NCBI GenBank assembly: GCA_035368605.1
Contig: DAOSLF010000001.1
Location: 22,877-86,876 of the forward strand
Length of the DNA: 64,000 nucleotides
From: Candidatus Omnitrophota bacterium
GTDB taxonomy: Bacteria > Omnitrophota > Omnitrophia > Omnitrophales > Aquincolibacteriaceae
Direction of reading: 5' to 3'
The translations under genes and the position numbers were made by a program. Shown here piece after piece: positions 18,849-27,701 of this stretch (positions are counted from its first letter, which is position 1; every line of letters begins with the position of its first letter). The notes beneath the pieces were generated by a model that did no database searches, was not told where the DNA came from, and worked only from the letters and a program-made list of their open reading frames with translations.

Positions 18849-19095
18849 CTTTTTGAAACGGGATTATGAACCTGGTGTCCGGAGGAAACGTCGGCTTGGT
18901 GTGATTTCATGGCTCCGGACTCATGGCTGGCTGATGATCTTTCCGGCCCTTTTGTTAAGCGGCTGTGTCCGGCTTACCGGAACGGCCGGGTACTGGAAAA
19001 CGGACAAGCAGGGGAATCCTGACACGAAGCGAGCGACCTTTGATTCGGCGGATTTTTTCCCGGGAAGTCCCGCGCCCGGTTCGATCGATTACTGA
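18841..19095 (+). CDS. small predicted lipoprotein, hypothetical
   Basis: MDNFLKRDYE...LMIFPALLLSGCVRL has a lipobox LSGC. Overlaps the lnt 3' end by 8 nt. Confidence 0.35.
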   Translation: MDNFLKRDYEPGVRRKRRLGVISWLRTHGWLMIFPALLLSGCVRLTGTAGYWKTDKQGNPDTKRATFDSADFFPGSPAPGSIDY

Positions 19096-19325
19096 ACGCG
19101 TGCCATGCTCGCCACGCAAGTGCACCGCAGAAGGATGGTCCGGTACCGCGAAGATCCATGAAGCGTTTTTCCTCATCGGGTCCCCGTCCCTGTTTTTAGC
19201 CGCCGCGTATATCATTAAGGAAGAAAGAAGGGAAGAAGACACGGGTTCGCCCCGACCTTGTGCCCGATGAATGCATTGAGCGGTGCCGGCGCGTGGGATT
19301 GGCCGGCTGACGTTCTTCAGGCCTG

Positions 19326-19898
19326 CTACGCTCTTCCCGAAACCTCTCCGGTGTCGGTATTCACCCGAACAATGTCCCCGCTCTCAATGTACTGGGGAAC
19401 CTGGACCTCGATCCCTGTTTCAAGTTTCGCGGTTTTGAGCGAACGGCCGGATGCCGTCGCGCCCTTGAGTGCCGGGTCCGTTTGTGTGACGGCGAGTTCG
19501 ACGTAGACGGGCAGTTCCAGCGAAACGACGGAACCGTTTAGTTTGAGGGCCTGGATCTCGAGGTCTTCTTTCAGGTAAAAGCGCTGGTCCCCGAGTTTGT
19601 TCGCGCTGAGGGAGAACGGCTCATAGGTTGAGTTGTCCATAAAGTGATAATCGATCCCGGAAAGGTACTGGAAGACCACGGGTGATTTTTCCACGTCGGC
19701 GAGGTCGAATTTCTCGGAGGTCGTGAAGGTCTTGTCCAGAACGGCACCCGTGAGGAGGTTGCGGACCCTGGCTTTGGCCATTGTGGAGGCGCCGCGGGCG
19801 GTCGGGGTCGCGAATTTGACATCAAGGACATAGTAGGGCGTGCCCTCGATATAGATATAAAGTTTCTTCTCCAGTTCTTTTGCCGACACCTGCGACAT
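19326..19898 (-). CDS. efp: elongation factor P (EF-P family)
   Basis: Start MSQVSAKELEKKLYIYIEG. Three OB-fold domain pattern. ARVRNLLTG matches EF-P RVKLRRLLTG. C-terminal VNTDTGEVSGRA resembles VDTRSGEYVSRV. Confidence 0.8.
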   Translation of the reverse strand: MSQVSAKELEKKLYIYIEGTPYYVLDVKFATPTARGASTMAKARVRNLLTGAVLDKTFTTSEKFDLADVEKSPVVFQYLSGIDYHFMDNSTYEPFSLSANKLGDQRFYLKEDLEIQALKLNGSVVSLELPVYVELAVTQTDPALKGATASGRSLKTAKLETGIEVQVPQYIESGDIVRVNTDTGEVSGRA

Positions 19899-20055
19899 GA
19901 GGACTCCTTCCTTGTTTGCAAATGAAAGCGGTATTGTATATGAGATGCCGTGCGTCACCAAGTCCCTCTTCCTTCAGTCGAATCTGCCGATATATTTCCA
20001 TGACATTGAGATTTGCGAGATGGCCGATCAATCTCAGTGATGTCAAGGGAGGAAA

Positions 20056-20646
20056 ATGATAGCGAAAGACAGGAGATTCCGTCCGCTCCCGCCTGTAACG
20101 CTTTTATTCCTTCTCGGTGTCGTGCTTCCTTTGATGAGCGGAACCACGTATGTTGCTTTCGAAGGCAACAAGGAAGTGGGGCGCTATGAGGAGCATGACG
20201 GTAAAAACGATGTCAAGATCGTGCGTCAAGATGCTCCCGCAGCTGAACCTGTTGCCGGGGAAGAGGGGACAGGAGTGACCGGGTCGGTGAGGAGGTCCGG
20301 CTGGTTCGATCGGATCAATGAGAAATTCCTCCACTTAAAAATCGAAGATCCCGACCTTGTTGATTTTCTGAACCGTCAGCCGTGGGTTCAGAAGCTCCGG
20401 ATATGGGATGAGGAGCATGATCTCGAAGAACGGTTTACCGCATGGCGCCCCGTCATGATCGGCGCCATCTTCGGTCTTCTCTCGATCGCGGTTCTTTACA
20501 GGGGCTACCGTGTTTTCCGGTGGATGCGCGGCCGCGCTCGCAGAAGCGCGGTCAAGATTCCGTTGCCGACGACGACGGATACGGTCGGGAAAGTTTCAGG
20601 CAAAAAAACGGATACTTCTTCTGAAGAACAGGAAAAGGCGGAATGA
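20056..20646 (+). CDS. hypothetical membrane-anchored protein
   Basis: GGGAGG RBS. N-terminal and C-terminal hydrophobic segments. No recognisable motif. Confidence 0.4.
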   Translation: MIAKDRRFRPLPPVTLLFLLGVVLPLMSGTTYVAFEGNKEVGRYEEHDGKNDVKIVRQDAPAAEPVAGEEGTGVTGSVRRSGWFDRINEKFLHLKIEDPDLVDFLNRQPWVQKLRIWDEEHDLEERFTAWRPVMIGAIFGLLSIAVLYRGYRVFRWMRGRARRSAVKIPLPTTTDTVGKVSGKKTDTSSEEQEKAE

Positions 20647-21479
20647 CCGCGAGCTTTTCGATTTCCTTGCGCGTTGTTTTGTTTTTCGTGCCGATGGTGC
20701 TGTTGTCCGTTCCCTCCGCCTCCGCGATCCGCTATGACAAGGGGACCTATCAGCGCAAGGTCTATGAGAGCAAGGCCAGGGAACGGTTGAACAGTTTCAC
20801 GGTCCAGAACTTCACGGTGCTGCATGAGGTCTCCCTGACCCGGGAGCAGGTGAGCGCTCTCACGAAGGTTATCGAAAGCGCGATCGCGACCGTCAGAAAT
20901 GATTTCCAGTTCCAGCCGACCGGCACGTATGAGGTCATGCTTTTCGCGGGCGGGACCTATGAAAAGGTAGACAGCTCCAACCAGGTGACCGCCGGATTTT
21001 ACCAGGCCAAGAAGATCCGCGTACGTTTCGGGGACAGCGCCGGTCCTCCGGGGAATCTCGGCTACTTTCGCAAAGTGTTCACGCATGAACTGACCCACCT
21101 GGCTGTCCGTTCGCTTGACGGAGGCAAAATGACCCGCTGGATGGGGGAAGGTCTTGCCGTTTATGAGGAAAAGGGAATCCGGACCCGCACTCCGTTCATC
21201 GCGAAGGAGCTTTATGAACGGCGGAACCCGAAATACCGGAAACTCACTCCGGAGCAATTCTTCGATTTTGCCGCGACCGTCAATTCGGACGGGACGTATC
21301 CCCCGGGTTTTTACGAGAACAGCTATGCGGTCACCAAATTCATCATCGATGAGTACGGCTTCCCGAAGGTGCGGGACCTTCTGAAACGCATGAAATCGGG
21401 AGCCTCGTTCAGCGCGGCGTTCAAGGAGGTTTACGGTATGACGCCGTCCGAAATGGGCGCGAAGGCTTACGGATTCTGA
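20643..21479 (+). CDS. secreted putative zinc metallopeptidase (HExxH motif)
   Basis: Signal peptide MTASFSISLRVVLFFVPMVLLSVPSASA. HELTHL zinc-binding motif. Translationally coupled (ATGA) to the upstream gene. Confidence 0.5.
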   Translation: MTASFSISLRVVLFFVPMVLLSVPSASAIRYDKGTYQRKVYESKARERLNSFTVQNFTVLHEVSLTREQVSALTKVIESAIATVRNDFQFQPTGTYEVMLFAGGTYEKVDSSNQVTAGFYQAKKIRVRFGDSAGPPGNLGYFRKVFTHELTHLAVRSLDGGKMTRWMGEGLAVYEEKGIRTRTPFIAKELYERRNPKYRKLTPEQFFDFAATVNSDGTYPPGFYENSYAVTKFIIDEYGFPKVRDLLKRMKSGASFSAAFKEVYGMTPSEMGAKAYGF

Positions 21480-21483
21480 CGGG

Positions 21484-22242
21484 TCAGATCAGGGACAGAC
21501 CGCCATCCGCGATGACGATCTGACCGACGATCCAGGAAGATTCGGGTGAGCAGAGGAATGTGATGACGCGCGCGAGGTCTTCGGGGGTTGCGACGCGGCC
21601 GGCCGGTGTCCTTTTGACGACTTCTTGCTTGAAGATCTCGAAAAAGGGGAATGCCTTCAGCGCATCCGTGTCCACAAGCCCGCCGGAGACTCCGTTCACC
21701 CGGATTCCCTTGGGCATCAGCTCCACCGCGAGATAACGGATCAGGCTTTCGAGCGCCGCCTTGGAGATACCGATGGCCCCGTAATTCGGGATGTAGCGGT
21801 GAGAACCCAGACTTGAGATCGCGAGGATCGCTCCTTCTTTTTTTGCCTCCATGCCCGGCAGGACCTTCTGGACCATGGCGAGGAAGGCCTTTGTGTTGAT
21901 GTTCATCGAAAGGTCGTATTGATTCATCTTGAGTTTGTGGACCGGCTTGAAGGCCCCGAGCGCGGCGTTGTGGATGAGGATGTCGATCGATCCAAAAGTT
22001 TTGGTGACATTCTCGAACAGCGCGGGGAGTGCGTCGAGGTCGCCGACATTGCACTGGAAGATTTCGGCTTTGACGCCTTTCAAGCGGATTTCTTCGGCCG
22101 TTTTTTGCGCGGCGCCTTCGTTCTGAAGATAATTGACCGCAATGTTCGCACCTTTTTCCGCGAGCGCGAGGGCCGTGGCTTTTCCGATCCCGCGGGATGC
22201 GCCAGTAATGAGGGCTGTCTTGCCATGAAGCGGTGTCGTCAT
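21484..22242 (-). CDS. SDR family reductase, FabL/FabG-like (enoyl- or ketoacyl-ACP reductase)
   Basis: MTTPLHGKTALITGASRGIGKA. Catalytic YGAIGISKAALE (YxxxK). Divergent from the radical SAM gene. Confidence 0.8.
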   Translation of the reverse strand: MTTPLHGKTALITGASRGIGKATALALAEKGANIAVNYLQNEGAAQKTAEEIRLKGVKAEIFQCNVGDLDALPALFENVTKTFGSIDILIHNAALGAFKPVHKLKMNQYDLSMNINTKAFLAMVQKVLPGMEAKKEGAILAISSLGSHRYIPNYGAIGISKAALESLIRYLAVELMPKGIRVNGVSGGLVDTDALKAFPFFEIFKQEVVKRTPAGRVATPEDLARVITFLCSPESSWIVGQIVIADGGLSLI

Positions 22243-22329
22243 AGGCCGAGAGAATAGCAAAGAACACCGGAAAGCTCAATTTAATTCCCCGTGGCCGGTA
22301 AAACAAATTCGGGTAAAAAAGGGAAAGTC

Positions 22330-22338
22330 TGTTATACT
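22330..22338 (+). promoter_or_regulatory. extended -10 element TGtTATACT placed 6 nt upstream of ATG (predicts a leaderless transcript for the radical SAM gene)
   Basis: TCTGTTATACTTCCGCA-ATG. The same TATACTTCCG motif recurs at 59474 and 63192. Confidence 0.5.
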
Positions 22339-22344
22339 TCCGCA

Positions 22345-23946
22345 ATGAAAGTTCTCCTGATTAATCCAAAATTCGCCCCGACGATCTGGTCGTTCGACGG
22401 TCTTCGCCCGTTCACGGGCACGAGTTTTTCGACGACCCCTCTCGGGCTCGCGACCGTCGCCGCCTTGACGCCCGCTTCCTGGGAAGTCGAAATTCTCGAC
22501 GAGAATGTCGAGCCGATCGATTTTGAAAAACCGGCCGATCTCGTTGCCGTCAGCGCCTTCAATGTCCAATACCGTCGCGCGATCGAGATCGCGCGCGAAT
22601 TCAGATCCCGCGGCCGGAAAGTGGCGTTTGGCGGACCGTATTGCAGCCTTTTTCCGGAGGCGTTCGAGGGCAAGGCCGACCACCGCATCGTGGGGGAGGC
22701 CGAGGACATTTGGCCGCTTTTTCTTCGTGATTTCGAAGAAGGCAAGGCGCTTGAGCTTTATGTGGCTCCGAAAGCGAGCGTGGATATCCGGAAGAGCCCT
22801 GTCCCGCGTTTTGATCTTATTAAGGGCGATCGATACAATATGTTTTCCCTTCAGACGACTCGAGGTTGTCCCTATAACTGTGAATTTTGCGATATCATCA
22901 TCATGGACGGCCGGAAACCCCGTACGAAGACCGTTCAGCAGGTGCTTGCCGAAGTGGACCATTGCGTTCAGCAGGGGGCCCATTACATCGTGTTCGGTGA
23001 CGCGAATTTTATCGGCAATATCGGCTTTGCCAGGGAACTGCTCACGGCCCTCGCGGATTATTCGAAAAAGAACGGCTACCCGATCGAGTTCTCATGCGAA
23101 TTGACGATCAATGTCGCCCATCACCCCGATCTTCTGGAGCTTCTTCAGGAGGCGAACTTCTACGCCGTTTTCGTGGGGATCGAATCGCCGAGGAAGCAAA
23201 GCCTCCTCGAAGCCGGAAAGTATCAGAACACGCGCGAGGACATCATCGAAGACATCAAGCGTATCCAGTCGTATCACATTTCGGTTGTTGCCGGCATGAT
23301 CGTCGGCTTTGATTCCGACGACAAGGGAATCTTCAAGGAGACCTACGATTTTCTCCAGGAACTCGGCATTGCGTTTACGACCTGCGGGACGCTGATGGCC
23401 CTGCCTCACACGCCGCTCCTTAAACGCCTTAAGGCCGAAGGGCGGCTTCTCGATCTCGAGTGGACGGGCATGAACGGTCACGGCGCTTCGGACTGCAATT
23501 TCATCCCGAAGCTCATGACGCTCGACGAACTGCGTAAAGGCTATAATTGGCTTAGCCGCTGCCTCTATCGTTACGATAGTTACGCTGACCGCCTTGTCGC
23601 CACGCTGAACCGTTTCAGGAACCGTAATAAAGAACATAAAAGAGCGAGTCTCGACACGAAATTCCTGAGCGTTCTCGTCAAGGTCTTCGCCTATTACACG
23701 CTGACCTTCGATCTCAAAAGGATGTCGTTTTTTTACGGAACCATGTGGCGTGTCGCGGTGGGCGGGCCCTTTTCTGTCGGGAAATGGCTGGAATTCTTCC
23801 GCTGGATCGCGACGCATCGCGCTTTTCGCCAATATGTGATGGAAACCCAGGGAGATCCGGAAGAAATGGATCCCAACTCGCCTCCGTTCGATGTCGAGTG
23901 TGCCCCGGTCACGGACGACAGTCCCCGGGAAGAGGTGTTGGTTTAA
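22345..23946 (+). CDS. B12-binding-domain radical SAM enzyme (class B radical SAM)
   Basis: N-terminal cobalamin-binding-like domain (MKVLLINPKF...DLVAVSA). Radical SAM cluster motif CPYNCEFC. About 530 aa with a C-terminal extension. Confidence 0.8.
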   Translation: MKVLLINPKFAPTIWSFDGLRPFTGTSFSTTPLGLATVAALTPASWEVEILDENVEPIDFEKPADLVAVSAFNVQYRRAIEIAREFRSRGRKVAFGGPYCSLFPEAFEGKADHRIVGEAEDIWPLFLRDFEEGKALELYVAPKASVDIRKSPVPRFDLIKGDRYNMFSLQTTRGCPYNCEFCDIIIMDGRKPRTKTVQQVLAEVDHCVQQGAHYIVFGDANFIGNIGFARELLTALADYSKKNGYPIEFSCELTINVAHHPDLLELLQEANFYAVFVGIESPRKQSLLEAGKYQNTREDIIEDIKRIQSYHISVVAGMIVGFDSDDKGIFKETYDFLQELGIAFTTCGTLMALPHTPLLKRLKAEGRLLDLEWTGMNGHGASDCNFIPKLMTLDELRKGYNWLSRCLYRYDSYADRLVATLNRFRNRNKEHKRASLDTKFLSVLVKVFAYYTLTFDLKRMSFFYGTMWRVAVGGPFSVGKWLEFFRWIATHRAFRQYVMETQGDPEEMDPNSPPFDVECAPVTDDSPREEVLV

Positions 23947-24029
23947 AAGATGCGGGATTGTCTCGGGATTGTCGAGGACCCGGATCCGCGGGCGAACCGG
24001 CCGAATGCTCCTCTCTTATAAAAAGATGC

Positions 24030-24059
24030 TTGGGAGCTAAAAAGTCCCTGTGTTATAAT
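24030..24059 (+). promoter_or_regulatory. strong candidate promoter: -35 TTGGGA, 18-nt spacer with TG, -10 TATAAT (TGtTATAATTCCG)
   Basis: Read directly in the rSAM-methyltransferase intergenic region. Confidence 0.55.
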
Positions 24060-24095
24060 TCCGAACCCTTGAACAGGGCAGGGACCATTTCTATT

Positions 24096-24731
24096 GTGGA
24101 ATCGCTCTCAAATACACTTCGGACATACCAGCGAAAACTGTTGGATACGTTAGTCAGGTGTCATTTTCGTCCGACGCTCGAAGCGAGGGCGGAATCATTC
24201 GTCAGGCTCTTTGAAACGTTTCTCCCGAAAGGGAGCCGGATTCTGGACCTCGGCGGCGGCTGGGGGTTCTATAGCGAACCGCTTGCCCGGCGCGGGCACG
24301 ATTCGCTCGTTCTTGATGTCGTAAAGCCGGGATATCAAAAGGCACCGGTTGTCATTTACGACGGGAGCAAGATCCCGTTCGGGGACAAAAGCTTTGATGT
24401 AACCCTCCTTGTGACCATGTTACATCATGTGCCGGACCCGGAGGCGCTGATGCGGGAGGTGACGCGCGTGACGCGCTCGCGGGTGGTCGTGGTCGAGGAT
24501 CTTTATCATCATGGAGCGGGACGTTTCTGGACCATCCTTCGGGACCGGTTGCTCAATATGGAGTTCGTGGAACATCCGCATCAGTTCCGGACCCACGGGG
24601 ATTGGCTTCATTTTTTTTGTAGTAAGGGGTTCCGGCTTGAGAAGTTCGCGCGGGTCTATACTTGGCTCGCGGGATTCCGTATTCTGAACGGTGTTTATGT
24701 TTGGGAGTGTGAACCATCGCTCCGCCATTGA
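24096..24731 (+). CDS. class I SAM-dependent methyltransferase
   Basis: Motif I ILDLGGGWGF and motif post-I VLDVV. The start is uncertain; the in-frame GTG at 24096 is the first start downstream of the promoter. Confidence 0.65.
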   Translation: MESLSNTLRTYQRKLLDTLVRCHFRPTLEARAESFVRLFETFLPKGSRILDLGGGWGFYSEPLARRGHDSLVLDVVKPGYQKAPVVIYDGSKIPFGDKSFDVTLLVTMLHHVPDPEALMREVTRVTRSRVVVVEDLYHHGAGRFWTILRDRLLNMEFVEHPHQFRTHGDWLHFFCSKGFRLEKFARVYTWLAGFRILNGVYVWECEPSLRH

Positions 24732-24766
24732 GAACGATACGCGGGGAATGACATCAAGGGCAGGAC

Positions 24767-25177
24767 ATGTCCACTGTTTCGATCGAAAAAGTGCTCTGGA
24801 TCAGGGAGGGAGAAGGGATCGCCGCTTGCGGCCGCATCCCGAGTGACTCGGAGTTTTTTCGCGATCATTTCCCCGAGTTCCCGGTCCTGCCGGGCGTGCT
24901 GGCGCTTGAGATGCTCAAACAGACAGCCGAGAAGTACTTGGCGTCGCTTGGGAACGGCGCGGGGGGCCGTTATTTCCTGAAGCATATCCGCGCGACGCGT
25001 TTCACGAAATATCTGCGTCCCGGGGACGAATGGGAAAGCCGGCTCACGCTGACGCAGAGTTCGGACGAAGAAACGGCTTGGGACGCCAGGCTTTATTATC
25101 ACGGTGAGGTCGCGGTATCCGCCAGACTGACGCTCGCCAGGGTCAAGAATCCTCAATCATCGGCGACATCGTTATAA
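24767..25177 (+). CDS. FabZ/FabA-like hot-dog 3-hydroxyacyl-ACP dehydratase (catalytically competent)
   Basis: FFRDHFPEFPVLPGVLALEMLKQ contains the catalytic His (HFP) and Glu of FabZ. Confidence 0.8.
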   Translation: MSTVSIEKVLWIREGEGIAACGRIPSDSEFFRDHFPEFPVLPGVLALEMLKQTAEKYLASLGNGAGGRYFLKHIRATRFTKYLRPGDEWESRLTLTQSSDEETAWDARLYYHGEVAVSARLTLARVKNPQSSATSL

Positions 25178-25196
25178 CGCAAGGAAAAGGAGAATC

Positions 25197-25607
25197 ATGA
25201 ATAACGAGATTTTCAAGAAAGTGCAGGAAACATTAGCCGGCGCGCTTGGTGTTGACGCCTCTGACGTCACGCCCGACGCCTCCCTGAAGAGAGACCTTGG
25301 CGCCGAATCGATCGATTTTATCGACATCATCTTCCGCCTGGAAAAAAGTTTCGACCTCAAGATTCCCGCGAACGACCTTTTCCCGAGCCATATCTTCACG
25401 AACGAACGTTTCGTGAAAGAGGGAATGGTCACTCCGGAAGGGATTCATGAACTCCGCACGAAACTTCCGTACCTTGACCTCGGGGCTTTCGACAAGGACC
25501 CGCAGGTTGTGAAGCTGGCCGATTATTTCACCGTCAAGATGATCCTCCGTTATCTGGAAGAGCGGCTGGGAAAATCCTCGGGTTGTTCCGGCACCTGCAA
25601 ATCGTGA
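25197..25607 (+). CDS. acyl carrier protein with roughly 55-aa C-terminal extension
   Basis: AAGGAG RBS. DLGAESIDFIDIIFRLEKSF is the ACP phosphopantetheine-attachment helix II region (Ser in AES). Unusual C-terminal tail ending SSGCSGTCKS. Confidence 0.8.
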   Translation: MNNEIFKKVQETLAGALGVDASDVTPDASLKRDLGAESIDFIDIIFRLEKSFDLKIPANDLFPSHIFTNERFVKEGMVTPEGIHELRTKLPYLDLGAFDKDPQVVKLADYFTVKMILRYLEERLGKSSGCSGTCKS

Positions 25608-25978
25608 CGGTCAAAACGCGCCGTCTTCATGGGGTCGGGGTCGATCTCGTATCCCGTTCGCGCATGAAAATGTTTCTGTCCCGCCATCGCGATATGATCA
25701 CGCGCAGGTTCCTGAATGACAGTGAGCGCCGGCGCCGCACCAACATCGGTCTCACGGAACTTGCGGAACTTTTCACCGCCAAGGAAGCTTTCTTCAAGGC
25801 CTGTAATGAGCCCTGGATGGGGTTAGGAGGTTTTCGGGGAATGCGGATCACGGAACGTCGCGGCGACGGATTCACCATGGAATGGAAGGTAGCTGGCACC
25901 CGGCGATGTTATCGCGGTGAGGGGGTTTTTTTCCGTGACGGTGATCTGGTCGGTGCCCACACGATGATCTGGAGTTGA
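25604..25978 (+). CDS. acpS: holo-ACP synthase (4'-phosphopantetheinyl transferase, AcpS type)
   Basis: GVGVDLV near the N-terminus and FTAKEAFFKA match AcpS motifs (GxGxDxV, AxKEAxxKA). GTG start overlaps the ACP stop (GTGA). Confidence 0.7.
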   Translation: MTVKTRRLHGVGVDLVSRSRMKMFLSRHRDMITRRFLNDSERRRRTNIGLTELAELFTAKEAFFKACNEPWMGLGGFRGMRITERRGDGFTMEWKVAGTRRCYRGEGVFFRDGDLVGAHTMIWS

Positions 25979-25980
25979 GT

Positions 25981-26415
25981 ATGCGTTGGCTTCTTCTTGA
26001 CAAAGTTCTCTCGATCCACCGTGGCAAACGAGCCGTGACCGAATCCCGTGTTCCCTGCGCGCCCTACTCAAGCGAAGTCCTTTTTGTCGAAATGATGGCC
26101 CAGACCGGAGGTCTTCTGGTCGGAGCGGAAAGCGATTACCGGAACGACGTGATCTTCGCGAAGATCGAGTCTGCTTCGTTCGCCGGGGTTCCGGCCCCAG
26201 GTACTCCGATCACGGTTGAGGCGTTCGCGGACGGGCTCGCTCCCGAGGGTGGGTGGATCGAAGGTGTGATAACAATGGCCGGCGTGGTCATCGCGAAGGC
26301 AAAACTGCTTCTTATGTCTGTCGGGCGGCTCGTCCCGGGGCATTCTCAACCCATCACCTTCCATGATAATTTCATGGAGCATTTCAAGGTCCGGGAGAAG
26401 GTGTCGGTATCATGA
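25981..26415 (+). CDS. hot-dog fold dehydratase-like protein lacking the catalytic His (probable non-catalytic DH partner)
   Basis: Hot-dog length and FVEMMAQTGGLL central helix resemble FabZ, but there is no HxP/HFP motif. Confidence 0.6.
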   Translation: MRWLLLDKVLSIHRGKRAVTESRVPCAPYSSEVLFVEMMAQTGGLLVGAESDYRNDVIFAKIESASFAGVPAPGTPITVEAFADGLAPEGGWIEGVITMAGVVIAKAKLLLMSVGRLVPGHSQPITFHDNFMEHFKVREKVSVS

Positions 26416-27701
26416 CCAGGCACCGGGTGGTCGTCACGGGGTTTGGTGTTATCAGCGCCTGCGGGAACGGATGGGAACCCTATTGGGACAGCGCTCTCCA
26501 GGGACGCTCGGCGGTTCGTGAAGTCGAACGTCTCAAACTGAACGGATTTTCTTTCAAATATGCCGGAACGATTCGGGATTTTGACCCCAAACAATACGTG
26601 GAGAACCGAAAATCCCTCAAGGTCATGTCCCGCGAGATCCAGCTCGCCGTGGGGGCCGCGAAGCTTGCCCTCCAGGATGCCGGTCTTTTCGGGACCGCTT
26701 ATGACCAGTCCCGCTTCGGTGTGACGCTCGGGACCGGTATCATCAATAACGATCTTGACGAGATCGGTGTGGGTTTCAAGAACGCGATCGATGGCTCGGG
26801 ACGTTTTTCGATGGCGAAGTTCGGCCAGGAAGGTGTCCGCTCTCTTTTTCCGCTCTGGTTCCTGAAATACCTTCCGAATATGCCTGCCTGTCACGTTTCG
26901 ATCGCTTACCATCTCCGGGGACCCAGCAACACGATCACGACATCCTCGGCGGCGGGGGCCCAGGCGATCGGGGAGGCGTATCGGGTGATCGAGCGCGGCG
27001 ACGCGGATATCATGCTGGCCGGCGGGACCGATTCAAAATTGAATGCGATGGGGATCTCCCGTTTCCATCTGCTCGGTCTTCTCTCAAAACGGGCCGGATT
27101 GCCGGAGCATGTCTACACGCCGTTCGATGAGCGTCACGACGGGATCGTGCTCGGGGAAGGAGCCGGCATTCTTGTTCTGGAATCGCTGGAGAACGCGAAA
27201 CGGCGCGGGGCTCCCATCTATGCCGAGATCACGGGTTATGGTTCCTCTTCGGATTTCAATTTCGATCCGCGTGACGAGGATGATTTCACCGGCAAGCGGG
27301 TCGCGATGCGGCGAGCGCTCGAAGACGCGGGGATCGAACATCACGACGTCGATGTGATCGTCGCAAACGGGAGCGGCGTTCCCCAGGGGGATATCCAGGA
27401 AGCCCTTGCCATCCACTCGTTCTGTATGGGGTCGTTCGACAAACAGAGCGTGACCGCGCTCAAATCCGTGACGGGAGATCTCGTCTACGGCTCGGGTGGT
27501 GTCGAGGCTGTGATCGCCGCGTTGATCGCCAACAAGCGGGTCGTACCGCCCGTGACCAATCTTAAAAAACCTTATCCGGAATGTCCGCTGCCGCTTGTCC
27601 GGGACAAAGCCAAGTCCGCCGACGTCACGAACGTCATGTTCAACAACTTCGGTTTCGGCGGACAGAACGCGTCACTGGTGTTCAAACATGTCAAAGCGTA
27701 G
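26412..27701 (+). CDS. ketosynthase-like protein lacking Cys/His/His catalytic triad (chain-length-factor-like KS-beta)
   Basis: Thiolase-fold KAS architecture. Active-site positions read ITTSSAAGAQAIGEA (Cys to Ser), DVIVANGSGV (His to Asn) and KSVTGDLVYGSGGVE (His to Asp). ATGA coupling to the upstream gene. Confidence 0.85.
   Translation: MTRHRVVVTGFGVISACGNGWEPYWDSALQGRSAVREVERLKLNGFSFKYAGTIRDFDPKQYVENRKSLKVMSREIQLAVGAAKLALQDAGLFGTAYDQSRFGVTLGTGIINNDLDEIGVGFKNAIDGSGRFSMAKFGQEGVRSLFPLWFLKYLPNMPACHVSIAYHLRGPSNTITTSSAAGAQAIGEAYRVIERGDADIMLAGGTDSKLNAMGISRFHLLGLLSKRAGLPEHVYTPFDERHDGIVLGEGAGILVLESLENAKRRGAPIYAEITGYGSSSDFNFDPRDEDDFTGKRVAMRRALEDAGIEHHDVDVIVANGSGVPQGDIQEALAIHSFCMGSFDKQSVTALKSVTGDLVYGSGGVEAVIAALIANKRVVPPVTNLKKPYPECPLPLVRDKAKSADVTNVMFNNFGFGGQNASLVFKHVKA

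Noticed and set aside
22243-22344. Possible cobalamin riboswitch upstream of the B12-binding radical SAM gene
   Set aside because: The intergenic region is only about 100 bp and is occupied by a divergent promoter with leaderless geometry. It is too short for a B12 riboswitch.
27595-27687. Long N-terminal extension of the KS-alpha ORF (track start 27595)
   Set aside because: It would overlap 107 nt of the KS-beta gene. The conserved KS N-terminus MSKRRIVVTGVGAV begins at ATG 27688.
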